This document shows positions 1 through 8,995 of a stretch of DNA of 46,310 nt, one piece after another. The notes under the pieces are model-generated. The model did not search any database and was not told the origin of the DNA. It saw nothing but the letters and a program-made list of their open reading frames with translations. Position numbers and translations under genes: made by a program. The stretch lies in sequence record DRR723986_4829. The stretch is one strand, 5' to 3'. Each line of letters begins with the position of its first letter. The first letter of the stretch is position 1.

Positions 1-304
1 CCCGGGCCCGGGAAGCCAGCTCATCAAGTAGTTGCCGGGTTCGTGCAGCATTCTGGTTTTGCTGTCGGGGATAGCGGCCGAGCAGCGCCTGTTCCCTGCC
101 GCTGCCGAGCAACACTTCCCTGGCGAAGGGCAGTTCGGCAACCCGCGTAAGGCGCACGTCTTCAAGCAGCAGGCCTAGCAGGGAGCGATCGAGCCGTCGC
201 GCCATGCTGACCAGGTTTTCCAGAGTCAGCCGACTGATGCCGTGGGCATCAATCGGCACCAGGATGCCGCGGCGATCAGCGGTCGTCTTGGTCACGGTCA
301 TCAT
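1..304 (-). CDS. 5' part of a universal-stress-protein-like conserved hypothetical protein (runs off the window start)
   Basis: Not in ORF track; manual translation from ATG 304/301: MMTVTKTTADRRGILVPIDAHGISRLTLENLVSMARRLDRSLLGLLLEDVRLTRVAELPFAREV...; USP-like beta1 (ILVPID) and the LLEDxxLxxxAxLPFAREV motif typical of proteins encoded after Lon-like AAA proteases; overlaps the protease 3' end. Confidence 0.75.
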   Translation of the reverse strand, partial: MMTVTKTTADRRGILVPIDAHGISRLTLENLVSMARRLDRSLLGLLLEDVRLTRVAELPFAREVLLGSGREQALLGRYPRQQNQNAARTRQLLDELASRAR

Positions 305-2702
305 CTTCTTTGCTGCTGCGCTCGGCATATTTCTTGGCCAGATCCATGAACCGCAGGACCCGCGCATTAACTCGCGCATCGATGGAATCGACGGTATAGC
401 CAGTGAGGATCTCCAGCGCCTGGTCGATGGTGGCGGCGGTATAAATGCGGAAGTGGCCCTGCTCCACGGCGTCGCGAACGTCCTGACGGAGCATGAGGTG
501 TACGGTATTGGAGGCGGGTATCAACACGCCCTGTGCATCGGATAAGCCCCTGGCCTTGCAAATGTCGAAATAGCCCTCGATTTTCTCGTTGACCCCGCCG
601 ATGGCCTGGACGTCGCCGTGTTGGTTGAGTGAGCCGGTCACGGCTATGCCCTGGTTGACGGGTACCTCTCCCAGGGCGGAGATCAGTGCGACCAGTTCGG
701 CGATGGAGGCACTGTCGCCTTCGATACCGCCGTAGGACTGCTCGAACGCCAGCGTTGCGGACAGGGGCAGGGGGCGGTCCTGTGCGTAGCGGCGGGCAAG
801 CAGGGCGCTGATGATCATCACTGCTTTTGAGTGAATCTTGCCCCCGAGGTCCACTTCCCGTTCGATATCCAGCACCTTGCCGGAGCCGAGTCGCGCGGTG
901 GCGGTAATCCGGGTGGGTTTGCCGAAACTGTAGTCGCCCAGCAGGTACACGGACAGGCCGTTGACCTGGCCGACGGCGCTGCCCTCGGTTGCCACCAGCT
1001 GGATATCCCGGAGGATGCTTTCATGGGACTTCTGGCGAAACTGGTCCATCCGGTGCTGGGCTGCTGCCACCGCCGCGCCCACATGATCGGCGTCTATCAG
1101 CTCGGCCTGTGCCCGACGGGCGATAAAGTCGCTCTCCGCCAGCAGGTTCTGTAAGCGCCCGCGATGCAGGCTCAGCTTGGCACCGTCGCCCAGCTGGCGC
1201 GAGGCCTGTTCAATAACCCTTGCCACCGCTGAGCGCTTGAGAGGCAGCAGGTTCAGGCGCTGCTGCAGCTGGCCGATCATGCGTGCGAACAGCAAGGTGT
1301 TGCCACCGTCGCGTTCCACGTCCTCGGACATGTCTGCCGCGACTTTGAACAGGGTAGAAAATTCCGGGTCATATTCCTGCAGGATGTAGTAGAGATAGCG
1401 ATCACCGGTGATGACGACCTTCACATCGAGGGGAATAGGCTCCGGCTCCAGTTGGACCGTGCTGACAAAGCTGAACATCTGGTCCAGCGACTGGATGCGC
1501 AGTTCCTGGGTACGCAGGGCGCGTTTCAGTGCAGTCCACGCGTAGGGACTGGTGAGAATCTTGTCCGCTTCCAACACCAGGTAGCCGCCGTTGGCCCGGT
1601 GCAGGGCGCCGGCTTTGATCAGGCTGAAGTCGGTTACCAGGGTTCCCATCTGGGCGACGTGCTCGCTGCGCCCGATGAGATTGCCGAAGGCGGGATTATC
1701 CTCGTATACGACCGGGGCGCTGTCGCAACCGCTGTTATCCACGAGTACATTCACGCTGTACTGGGGAAACTCGCGTACGCGCTCCCTGAGGTTCTCGGGT
1801 ATTGCTGATTCCTCGCGTATCTGGGTGAAGCTTTCCGCCTCTTCCATGACGTTAGTATGCACGGCCTCGAGATAGGCCAGGACGGCCTCCTGTTCGCGGT
1901 AGGTCTGCTTGAGTTCGTGGAAGACCGGGTTGATTGCCAGTTCACTGAACTCCCGGTTGAGCGCCCGAAACTTTTCACGGCTATCTTTTTTCCAGCCAGG
2001 TAGTAGTCTGACGATGGACTTCAGCTCTTCCTTGAGCGATTCGATCTCTTTCAGGGTGGCATCGCGCTGAGCTTCCGGCAGTGCCTCGAAGTCCTTGGGT
2101 GAAATGATCTCCCCGTCTTTCATCGGCGCGAGGGTATAGCCGGCAGGGGTCTGGATCATTGCGATATTCTGGCTGGCGGCCCGCTCAGCCAGGGACTGGA
2201 AAGCGGCCTTTTCCTGCTCCTGGTAGTGCTCGCCAAGTTCCTGTACCCGCGCCTGGTACTCGTCACTCTGGAAGGTGGCGGGCATGATGGCCAGCAGTTC
2301 TTCTACCGCATGAGCCATATCATGGCGCAGCTTGCAGCCCATGCCGCGAGGTAACTTCAGGACAATGGGTTTATCGGGAGCGTCAAAATTATTGACGTAG
2401 CACCAGTCCGACACCTCGCTCAAGGCTTGTGCCTGGTCCGCTTTCAGCAGGGTTTCCAGCAGTTCGCGTTTGCCGACGCCGGTGTTGCCCAGAACGAAAA
2501 TATTGAAGCCGGTGTGCTGTATCTCGAGACCGAAGCGCAGTGCTTCAACAGCGCGCTCCTGGCCGAGTTGCTCTGCCAGCGGGGGCAGTTCGGCGGTGGA
2601 ATCGAAGGGCAGGTCCTCATCGCGGCAGCGCCAGTACAGCTCGCTGACAGCAAGGGGGGGCGGCGGCATAGCCGCCGACAGGGCAATTAGTTCATCGCTC
2701 AT
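276..2702 (-). CDS. Lon-like (LonC/La type II) AAA-family protease, S16 domain
   Basis: 808 aa; GQERA start motif, Walker A-like GNTGVGKR, GALHRANGGYLVL, C-terminal Lon protease domain with GDSAS (catalytic Ser) and GGVNEKIEG (catalytic Lys). Confidence 0.93.
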   Translation of the reverse strand: MSDELIALSAAMPPPPLAVSELYWRCRDEDLPFDSTAELPPLAEQLGQERAVEALRFGLEIQHTGFNIFVLGNTGVGKRELLETLLKADQAQALSEVSDWCYVNNFDAPDKPIVLKLPRGMGCKLRHDMAHAVEELLAIMPATFQSDEYQARVQELGEHYQEQEKAAFQSLAERAASQNIAMIQTPAGYTLAPMKDGEIISPKDFEALPEAQRDATLKEIESLKEELKSIVRLLPGWKKDSREKFRALNREFSELAINPVFHELKQTYREQEAVLAYLEAVHTNVMEEAESFTQIREESAIPENLRERVREFPQYSVNVLVDNSGCDSAPVVYEDNPAFGNLIGRSEHVAQMGTLVTDFSLIKAGALHRANGGYLVLEADKILTSPYAWTALKRALRTQELRIQSLDQMFSFVSTVQLEPEPIPLDVKVVITGDRYLYYILQEYDPEFSTLFKVAADMSEDVERDGGNTLLFARMIGQLQQRLNLLPLKRSAVARVIEQASRQLGDGAKLSLHRGRLQNLLAESDFIARRAQAELIDADHVGAAVAAAQHRMDQFRQKSHESILRDIQLVATEGSAVGQVNGLSVYLLGDYSFGKPTRITATARLGSGKVLDIEREVDLGGKIHSKAVMIISALLARRYAQDRPLPLSATLAFEQSYGGIEGDSASIAELVALISALGEVPVNQGIAVTGSLNQHGDVQAIGGVNEKIEGYFDICKARGLSDAQGVLIPASNTVHLMLRQDVRDAVEQGHFRIYTAATIDQALEILTGYTVDSIDARVNARVLRFMDLAKKYAERSSKEDDDRDQDDR

Positions 2703-2736
2703 ATAAAGCCTTGTTCCTTGGCGAACCGACAGTCAG

Positions 2737-2778
2737 AGGATAGTCCAGCTAACTACGCGGACCATTAAGCGAGATCAA
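2737..2778 (-). promoter_or_regulatory. FNR/Anr-type class II promoter for the Lon-like/USP-like operon
   Basis: Minus strand TTGAT-CTCG-CTTAA (2778-2765; 8/10 to TTGAT-N4-ATCAA) centred 29.5 bp upstream of the first T of -10 TATCCT (2742-2737), i.e. -41.5 geometry. Confidence 0.55.
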
Positions 2779-2796
2779 GAAATTGCAGGAGTGACC

Positions 2797-2829
2797 TGTC
2801 GCCTTTTCGATCGGATTGAAAAGTCGACA
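2797..2829. repeat. 33-bp imperfect inverted repeat
   Basis: TGTCGCCTTTTCGAT-CGG-ATTGAAAAGTCGACA; 13 of 15 arm positions complementary. Confidence 0.75.
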
Positions 2830-2889
2830 TATCGCCGTCGGTAGGCTTCGTGCGGATACTGGCCACATGCAACGGAAGGGGAGAAGGTC

Positions 2890-3090
2890 ATGAGCTTTGT
2901 ACAACTTGCCGGACGATCCGGCGCAAAACCATTCGGGTGGTTTGCTTCCAGGGCAGTGGTCCGCTCGCTGGCCCTGCGCCTGGTCGCAGTAACCGCGACC
3001 ACGGTAATGGTGTTTCTGGTATCCGCCCTGGCGGGGGAGCTGCTGTGGGCCCTGCTTGCAGCCGCCGCTGTTATTGCCCTCGGCGAATAG
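2890..3090 (+). CDS. Small hydrophobic (probable two-TM) hypothetical protein
   Basis: 66 aa, purine-rich RBS (GGGGAGAAGG) before ATG, basic N-terminus then two hydrophobic stretches; fills an otherwise empty intergenic gap. Confidence 0.5.
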   Translation: MSFVQLAGRSGAKPFGWFASRAVVRSLALRLVAVTATTVMVFLVSALAGELLWALLAAAAVIALGE

Positions 3091-3245
3091 TCTATTAGTT
3101 TAATAAATACAGCGGGTTACGAGTGAAAGTTGAGGTTATATGGTGATTTTGACAGGGCACTGAGTTTGGCTCGCTGTCAGGGTTCACTTGACTACTTGTG
3201 TGACCCGGTCAAGGCTTGCGAAAACCAGCCGCGAGCACAGCGACC

Positions 3246-3971
3246 ATGGAAAATCCTGTCATTACCCTAACCTTGCCCCAGCTTGGCCTGGCGCTGTTGC
3301 CGGCGCTGGTTACCCTGGGTATTTTGTGGCGCTGGTCCATGGGTGCCGGAAATGCCCTGTACGCGCTGGGCCGCATGCTGATCCAGCTTATGCTGATCGG
3401 CTACGTACTGGCCTGGATATTTGGCGCCAGTAACGGGCTCCTTATCGCCCTGGTGCTGTTGATTATGCTGTTGGCTTCCGCCTGGATAGCCCTGCGTACG
3501 GTGCCGGAGCAGCGCTGGCACCTGCTGTCCGCGTCGGTAGTCGGTATTGCTCTGGGTGGCGGCCTGACCCTGGTCCTGCTGACTCAGCTCGTGCTGCGCC
3601 TTGAGCCCTGGTATATGCCTCGCTACATGGTGCCTCTGGCAGGAATGGCATTCGCCAATGCCATGACCGCGGTGAGCCTGTCTGCTGAGCGCCTGCACGC
3701 CGAGCTGGGGCACGGCGAGCCCTGGGACAAGGCCCGCGGTATTGCCTTCCAGGCCGCGATGATACCGGTTGTAAATTCCCTGTTTGCCGTTGGTCTGGTA
3801 TCCCTGCCGGGCATGATGACCGGGCAGATCCTCTCCGGGGTGTCACCACTGATCGCGGCGCGCTACCAGATCATGGTGATGTGCATGATCTTTGCTGCCA
3901 GCGGCATTTCCACGGCGGTGTTCCTGAGTATGGTGCGCCCGGCGCGCTTCAGTCCTGCAGCGCTGCGCTGA
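3246..3971 (+). CDS. UPF0014/FetB(YbbM)-family ABC permease
   Basis: RMLIQLxxIGYVL, PRYMVPLAGM and GLVSLPGMMTGQILSGVSPLIAARYQIMVM signatures; start placed at ATG 3246. Confidence 0.9.
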   Translation: MENPVITLTLPQLGLALLPALVTLGILWRWSMGAGNALYALGRMLIQLMLIGYVLAWIFGASNGLLIALVLLIMLLASAWIALRTVPEQRWHLLSASVVGIALGGGLTLVLLTQLVLRLEPWYMPRYMVPLAGMAFANAMTAVSLSAERLHAELGHGEPWDKARGIAFQAAMIPVVNSLFAVGLVSLPGMMTGQILSGVSPLIAARYQIMVMCMIFAASGISTAVFLSMVRPARFSPAALR

Positions 3972-3976
3972 GCCGG

Positions 3977-4948
3977 TCAGAGCCAGCGAATCCTGCGGAA
4001 CAGCAGAATCATGCCGGTGGCGATTGTTGCCATCAGGCCGATGACCATGAAGTAGCCCTTGGGGTGGTGTAGCTCAGGCATATTGTCGAAATTCATGCCG
4101 TAAACGCCGGCCAGGAAGCTGAGCGGAACAAACACCGCGGTGATGATGGTCAGCACCTTCATGGTGTTGTTAAGGCGGTAGGAACTGAGCGAAATATGCC
4201 CTTCTACCAGGTCGCCGCAGATTTCGTAATACATACTGCTCAGGCTGTAGATGCGTTCACAGCGATCATAGAGGTCGCGCCGCTTGTGAGCGTGGTCGTT
4301 TTCGTCGTCCTGGCCGAGATGGCTGCCGGTGCCGCTGAGCACATGCTCAGCCAGGCGCTGGTGGTAACTGAATACCCGGCGCAGAACCCGCAGGCGGGAG
4401 CGGTAGGCGACCAGGTCTTTCATGGCGTTTTCGTCGTTGCCCGTGAGCAGGCAGTCCTCCAGCTCACCCAGTTTGGTTTCAAATTCGAGAATGGCTTCCA
4501 GGTACCGTCCCGAGGCGTAGTGAAGGATATTGATGGCCAGCAGTCCGGTATCTCCGAGCATGGCCGGCTGATCGTGGACATCGCTCCAGAGTTGGCTGAT
4601 GCTCACCGAGTTCCCGCCGTGCAAGGTGATGAGGAAGCGATCCCCGACGAACAGGGCCAGTTGTTGCGGGCTCAATTCAAGGCGTTCATCCAGGGCCGAT
4701 ATGCCGCGAAACAGCAGGAATGTGGTGTCGTCAAATTCCTCGATTTTTGGCGGGTGCCGCTCGCGGGAGGCATCGCTGATTGCCAGCGGATCACAGTTGA
4801 AACGTCTTAACAGCGCGCGGACCTGGTCGTCGACGCCGCTCTCGATATCCAGCCAGAGACGGCTGTCGGGCTCCGCATCCCACTGCGCCAGCAACTCCTC
4901 GCCGCCCTCGCGTAAGGAATTTTCCGATAGTAAGGACGCCCTGATCAT
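3977..4948 (-). CDS. corA: CorA-family Mg2+/Co2+ transporter
   Basis: RHPPKIEEF, LNNTMKVLTIIT and YGMNFDNMPEL (GMN motif), two C-terminal TM helices; AGGAGG spacing favours ATG 4948 over 4957. Confidence 0.92.
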   Translation of the reverse strand: MIRASLLSENSLREGGEELLAQWDAEPDSRLWLDIESGVDDQVRALLRRFNCDPLAISDASRERHPPKIEEFDDTTFLLFRGISALDERLELSPQQLALFVGDRFLITLHGGNSVSISQLWSDVHDQPAMLGDTGLLAINILHYASGRYLEAILEFETKLGELEDCLLTGNDENAMKDLVAYRSRLRVLRRVFSYHQRLAEHVLSGTGSHLGQDDENDHAHKRRDLYDRCERIYSLSSMYYEICGDLVEGHISLSSYRLNNTMKVLTIITAVFVPLSFLAGVYGMNFDNMPELHHPKGYFMVIGLMATIATGMILLFRRIRWL

Positions 4949-5020
4949 CGGTATCATACCTCCTGAGCCAGCGCTTACGCTGGCATTCGTGTCGGCAACG
5001 GCTATGTGGCCGGGGATTTT

Positions 5021-5884
5021 ATGGAAAATCTTAACGGATTCTTGACCAGCCCCCTAATCGTATTTGGCTCTAATACCATCACGGTGGGGCAGATACTCGA
5101 GGTTGTCGCGCTGGCGGCCCTCGGTTACCTGTTTGTGATCTGGTCCGCGCGCTTCGCTCGTGCGCGGATGGTCAAGAAACACCTGAACGCTGATCTCGTT
5201 CAGGTTATCTACCGAGCTTACCTGATCCTCGGGCTGTTGATCCTCGCCTTCATCGTACTTGAGCTGTTGCAGGTGCCCCTGGGTGCTTTCGCCTTCGTGT
5301 CCGGTGCGGTGGCGATCGGGGTTGGCTTCGGTGCCCAGAATATCATCAATAATTTCATCAGCGGCTGGATCCTCATGTGGGAACGGCCGATAAAAATTGG
5401 CGACTTTCTCGACATGGGGGAGGTCCGCGGGACCGTGGAGGCGATCAACACCCGCTCTACCAGGATTCGCCGGGTCGATGGCGTTCATCTGCTGGTACCC
5501 AACAGCTATTTTCTTGAGAATACGGTCACCAACTGGACGCTGGTGGACGAGCTGGTGCGCACCGCCGTGGTTGTCGGGGTTGCCTACGGCTCCGATGTGA
5601 ATCTGGTCAGGCGCCTGCTGGAGCAGGTTGCCGACGAGCATCCCGATGTACTGAAGGAGCCACCACGCTCGGTCTTCTTTGACGACTTCGGCGACAGCTC
5701 CCTGGTGTTTGAGCTCAATTTCTGGGTGGAGGCTACTGCTGAACGCGGTTTGCGAATGATCCGCAGCGACCTGCGTTACCGGATCGATGAATTGTTCCGG
5801 GCGAACAATGTCAGCATCAGCTTCCCGCAGCGCGATGTTCATCTCGACGGGGAAGTCCGGGTGGTCACTTCCCGGGGCGCGTGA
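5021..5884 (+). CDS. Small-conductance mechanosensitive channel (MscS family)
   Basis: GVGFGAQNIINNFISGWILMWERPIKIGD, LLVPNS, VGVAYGSD, ISFPQRDVH. Confidence 0.95.
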   Translation: MENLNGFLTSPLIVFGSNTITVGQILEVVALAALGYLFVIWSARFARARMVKKHLNADLVQVIYRAYLILGLLILAFIVLELLQVPLGAFAFVSGAVAIGVGFGAQNIINNFISGWILMWERPIKIGDFLDMGEVRGTVEAINTRSTRIRRVDGVHLLVPNSYFLENTVTNWTLVDELVRTAVVVGVAYGSDVNLVRRLLEQVADEHPDVLKEPPRSVFFDDFGDSSLVFELNFWVEATAERGLRMIRSDLRYRIDELFRANNVSISFPQRDVHLDGEVRVVTSRGA

Positions 5885-6810
5885 AGCTCGCCTTCATCGC
5901 TCGGGACGACCGCGTCGCGCGGGAGCGACTGCCGCGTCTGGTAAGACAGCTCAGCACGGCCGGGCTTGTTGACCAGACGACTATCCACTGCAGCGACTAC
6001 CCCGGACACGCGGTTCAGCTCGCCTCAGAAGTGGCCGGTCAGGTAGACGTACTGGTGGCTGTTGGCGGTGATGGCACCTTGCATGAAGTGCTCAATGGCG
6101 CTCTTCAGTGGGCTGGCGCTGCCGGTACTTCGCGCTTGCCCCGACTCGGTGTTATTGCCAGCGGCACGGCCAACGACTTTACCCGCTCGATCGGGGCCGT
6201 GGGCAGCGAGTCGCAGTTCGTAAAGCTGCTGGCCTCGGGGGCAAGCCGGCGGGTCGACCTTGGCCTGGTCAACTACCGGGACCGCAGCGGCGATCCGGCG
6301 GAACGTTATTTCATCAACGTGATCGATGCGGGTATTGGTGCCGACGTGGTGTCCCAGTTAGCTGCCAGCAGCCGGCACTGGGGTGCGAGGCTGACCTACC
6401 TCGGCGCCATCCTGCGCAGCTTCCTCACATTTCGTAAACCCGAGCTGTCGGTGAGTCTCGACGGCGCGCCGGGCGAATGTTCCCGCACCCTGGCGTTTGT
6501 CGCCGGCAACGGGCGTTACTTCGGGTCCGGCCTGTGTATCGCGCCCGGCGCGAAACTGGATGACGGCATTCTGGACTGCGTGACCATTGGCGATGTAAGC
6601 GTGCTCGAATTTCTGGTCAGGCTGCCGAAGTTGTTCCTTGGTTCGCGGATCAGGCACCCGCAGGTAAGCTACCGCCCGGCGCGTGCAATACGCCTCGAAT
6701 CCCGCGAAACGGTGGGCCTGGAGGCGGACGGGGAGTTTCTGGGATACCTGCCGGCGAGCATCCGTATTATCCCCGCCGGCATCGCGATGCTACTTCCGCC
6801 GGAAAGCTGA
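5881..6810 (+). CDS. Diacylglycerol/lipid kinase family (YegS/DgkB-like)
   Basis: GGDGTLHEVLNG, SGTANDF, NGRYFGSG, EADGE motifs; GTGA overlap with the mscS stop. Confidence 0.92.
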   Translation: MKLAFIARDDRVARERLPRLVRQLSTAGLVDQTTIHCSDYPGHAVQLASEVAGQVDVLVAVGGDGTLHEVLNGALQWAGAAGTSRLPRLGVIASGTANDFTRSIGAVGSESQFVKLLASGASRRVDLGLVNYRDRSGDPAERYFINVIDAGIGADVVSQLAASSRHWGARLTYLGAILRSFLTFRKPELSVSLDGAPGECSRTLAFVAGNGRYFGSGLCIAPGAKLDDGILDCVTIGDVSVLEFLVRLPKLFLGSRIRHPQVSYRPARAIRLESRETVGLEADGEFLGYLPASIRIIPAGIAMLLPPES

Positions 6811-6852
6811 TCTGGCGCAAGCGGTGGACCCGCTCTCAGCCGATATCTCACC

Positions 6853-6858
6853 TATAAT
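6853..6858 (+). promoter_or_regulatory. -10 box TATAAT placing the transcription start on the nfeD ATG (leaderless)
   Basis: TATAAT at 6853-6858, 6 nt before ATG 6865; no SD sequence in between. Confidence 0.55.
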
Positions 6859-6864
6859 AGTGGT

Positions 6865-8223
6865 ATGGGCAAGTATTCAATTTGCATAGCGCTGGTGTTG
6901 TTCTGCGCAACGCTGCTGCCACCCTCGGGCGCGCAGGCGGCGGTGTGGCAGATCGATGTCGAGGGTTCCATTGGCCCGGCGACCGCCGACCATATGGTAC
7001 GGGGTCTCGAAACGGCAGCGGCAGCGGGTAGTGAGCTGGTTATCCTGCGCATTGATACCCCCGGAGGCCTGGACATGGCCATGCGGGAGATGATCAAGGC
7101 TATCCTGGCCTCACCGGTGCCGGTAGTCGCCTATGTAGCTCCGGGCGGCGCGCGCGCAGCCAGCGCTGGCACCTACCTGATGTATGCCAGTCATGTGGCC
7201 GCCATGGCGCCGGGGACCAATCTCGGTGCGGCGACGCCAGTCCAGATCGCCTCGCCAGGCCTGCCCGGGGTGGCGGATAAAGAGCCCGGCGACGGTGATG
7301 AGTCGGGGCAGACCCTCCCTGGCACCGCGATGGAGCGCAAGATCGTGAACGACGCCGTGGCCTACATCCAGAGCCTGGCGCAGCTTCGCGGGCGCAATGC
7401 CGAGTGGGCAGAAGAGGCGGTGCGCCTGGGCACCAGTTTGGCGGCGGAAGACGCGCTGGCCCGAGGGGTAATTGATCTGCTGGCAGATTCCACCACCGAC
7501 CTGCTCGTCCAGCTGGATGGTCGAGAGGTCGCACTCGAGCAGGGCTCGCGGGTGCTGGACCTTGCGGCGAGCGAGGTGTACCTGCACCCGGTCGACTGGC
7601 GCAGCGAATTCCTGTCAATCATCACCGATCCAAACATGGCCTACGTCCTGATGTTAATTGGCATTTATGGCCTGATCATCGAATTCTACAACCCGGGCTT
7701 TGGCCTGCCGGGAGTAGTCGGTGCTGTGTCCCTGGTGCTTGCCATGTATGCGTTCCAGGTACTGCCGATCAGCTACGCCGGCCTCGGCCTGATCCTGCTG
7801 GGCATCGCGCTGATGACCGCAGAGGCCTTTGCGCCAAGCTTCGGGATCCTCGGGCTCGGCGGTGTGGTCGCCTTCGTGATCGGTTCTATCATGCTGATGG
7901 ATACCCAGCTTCCCGGATACCAGATCGCCATGCCGATGATTGCAGCCTTCGCTGTGTTCAGTGTCGTGGTGCTGGTTATCGCGCTCGGACTGATTCTTAA
8001 GTCCCGTAGGCGCAGTCCTGTCAGTGGGATTGAACACCTGCTGGGGATGACGGGGGAGGTGGAATCCCTGGGCGCTGGCGTTGCCTGGGTGCGCCTGGAT
8101 GGCGAGTTGTGGGAAGCCTCCAGCGATGATCAGTTACAAGCGGATGATCAGGTGATCATCGATTCTATTGACGGCCTGACGCTCAGGGTTAGTAAGCAAG
8201 ATAGGGGAAAGTCTGATGTTTGA
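6865..8223 (+). CDS. nfeD: NfeD-family membrane-bound serine protease (long form)
   Basis: Signal peptide, IDTPGGL, ARAASAG (ClpP-like), [10 protein letters not shown] bundle, C-terminal OB domain (GELWEA). Confidence 0.93.
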   Translation: MGKYSICIALVLFCATLLPPSGAQAAVWQIDVEGSIGPATADHMVRGLETAAAAGSELVILRIDTPGGLDMAMREMIKAILASPVPVVAYVAPGGARAASAGTYLMYASHVAAMAPGTNLGAATPVQIASPGLPGVADKEPGDGDESGQTLPGTAMERKIVNDAVAYIQSLAQLRGRNAEWAEEAVRLGTSLAAEDALARGVIDLLADSTTDLLVQLDGREVALEQGSRVLDLAASEVYLHPVDWRSEFLSIITDPNMAYVLMLIGIYGLIIEFYNPGFGLPGVVGAVSLVLAMYAFQVLPISYAGLGLILLGIALMTAEAFAPSFGILGLGGVVAFVIGSIMLMDTQLPGYQIAMPMIAAFAVFSVVVLVIALGLILKSRRRSPVSGIEHLLGMTGEVESLGAGVAWVRLDGELWEASSDDQLQADDQVIIDSIDGLTLRVSKQDRGKSDV

Positions 8224-8968
8224 TATCGAGTATTTCGGTGCGGTAATCCTGTTTATGGCAATTGCCCTGGCGATTTCCATGTTCCGCGTGCTGCGTGAGT
8301 ATGAGCGTGGCGTGGTGTTCATGCTCGGCCGGTTTTACAAGGTTAAGGGCCCCGGACTGATTATCATCATCCCCATCCTGCAGCAGATGGTGCGGGTCGA
8401 CCTGCGCACCGTGGTCATGGATGTGCCTACCCAGGATGTGATTTCCCGGGACAACGTGTCGGTACAGGTCAATGCCGTTATCTATTTCCGGGTGATCGAT
8501 CCGGAGAAGGCGATCATTCAGGTCGAGAACTTCCTCGAGGCCACCAGCCAGCTGTCGCAAACGACCTTGCGCTCGGTGCTGGGACAGCATGAACTGGACG
8601 ATATGCTGGCCGAGCGGGAGAAATTGAATGCCGATATCCAGACCATACTCGACAAGCAGACCGCGGCCTGGGGGATCAAGGTGGCGAACGTCGAGATCAA
8701 ACACGTGGATCTTAATGAGAGCATGGTGCGTGCACTGGCCAAGCAGGCGGAAGCTGAACGCGAACGGCGCGCCAAGGTTATCCACGCCATGGGGGAGTCG
8801 GAGGCTGCCGAGAAGCTCGCCCAGGCGGCCAATGTACTCGCCAGCCAGGACCAGGCGATTCAGCTGCGCTACCTGCAAACCCTGGTAGAGATCGCCGGAG
8901 ACAAGAGTTCGACGATTGTCTTCCCGCTGCCCATTGAGTTGATGAACAAGCTGTCGTCGCCGGGTTGA
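8216..8968 (+). CDS. SPFH/stomatin-like (slipin) protein
   Basis: [52 protein letters not shown]; overlaps nfeD stop. Confidence 0.95.
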   Translation: MFDIEYFGAVILFMAIALAISMFRVLREYERGVVFMLGRFYKVKGPGLIIIIPILQQMVRVDLRTVVMDVPTQDVISRDNVSVQVNAVIYFRVIDPEKAIIQVENFLEATSQLSQTTLRSVLGQHELDDMLAEREKLNADIQTILDKQTAAWGIKVANVEIKHVDLNESMVRALAKQAEAERERRAKVIHAMGESEAAEKLAQAANVLASQDQAIQLRYLQTLVEIAGDKSSTIVFPLPIELMNKLSSPG

Positions 8969-8995
8969 TTGCGGCACGCTTAGTGGCGTGCGGCC

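Noticed and set aside
2900-2950. Resemblance of GCAAAACCATTCG to a c-di-GMP-I riboswitch
   Set aside because: The GNRA loop, receptor and second-stem consensus are not present; kept only as unexplained hairpins
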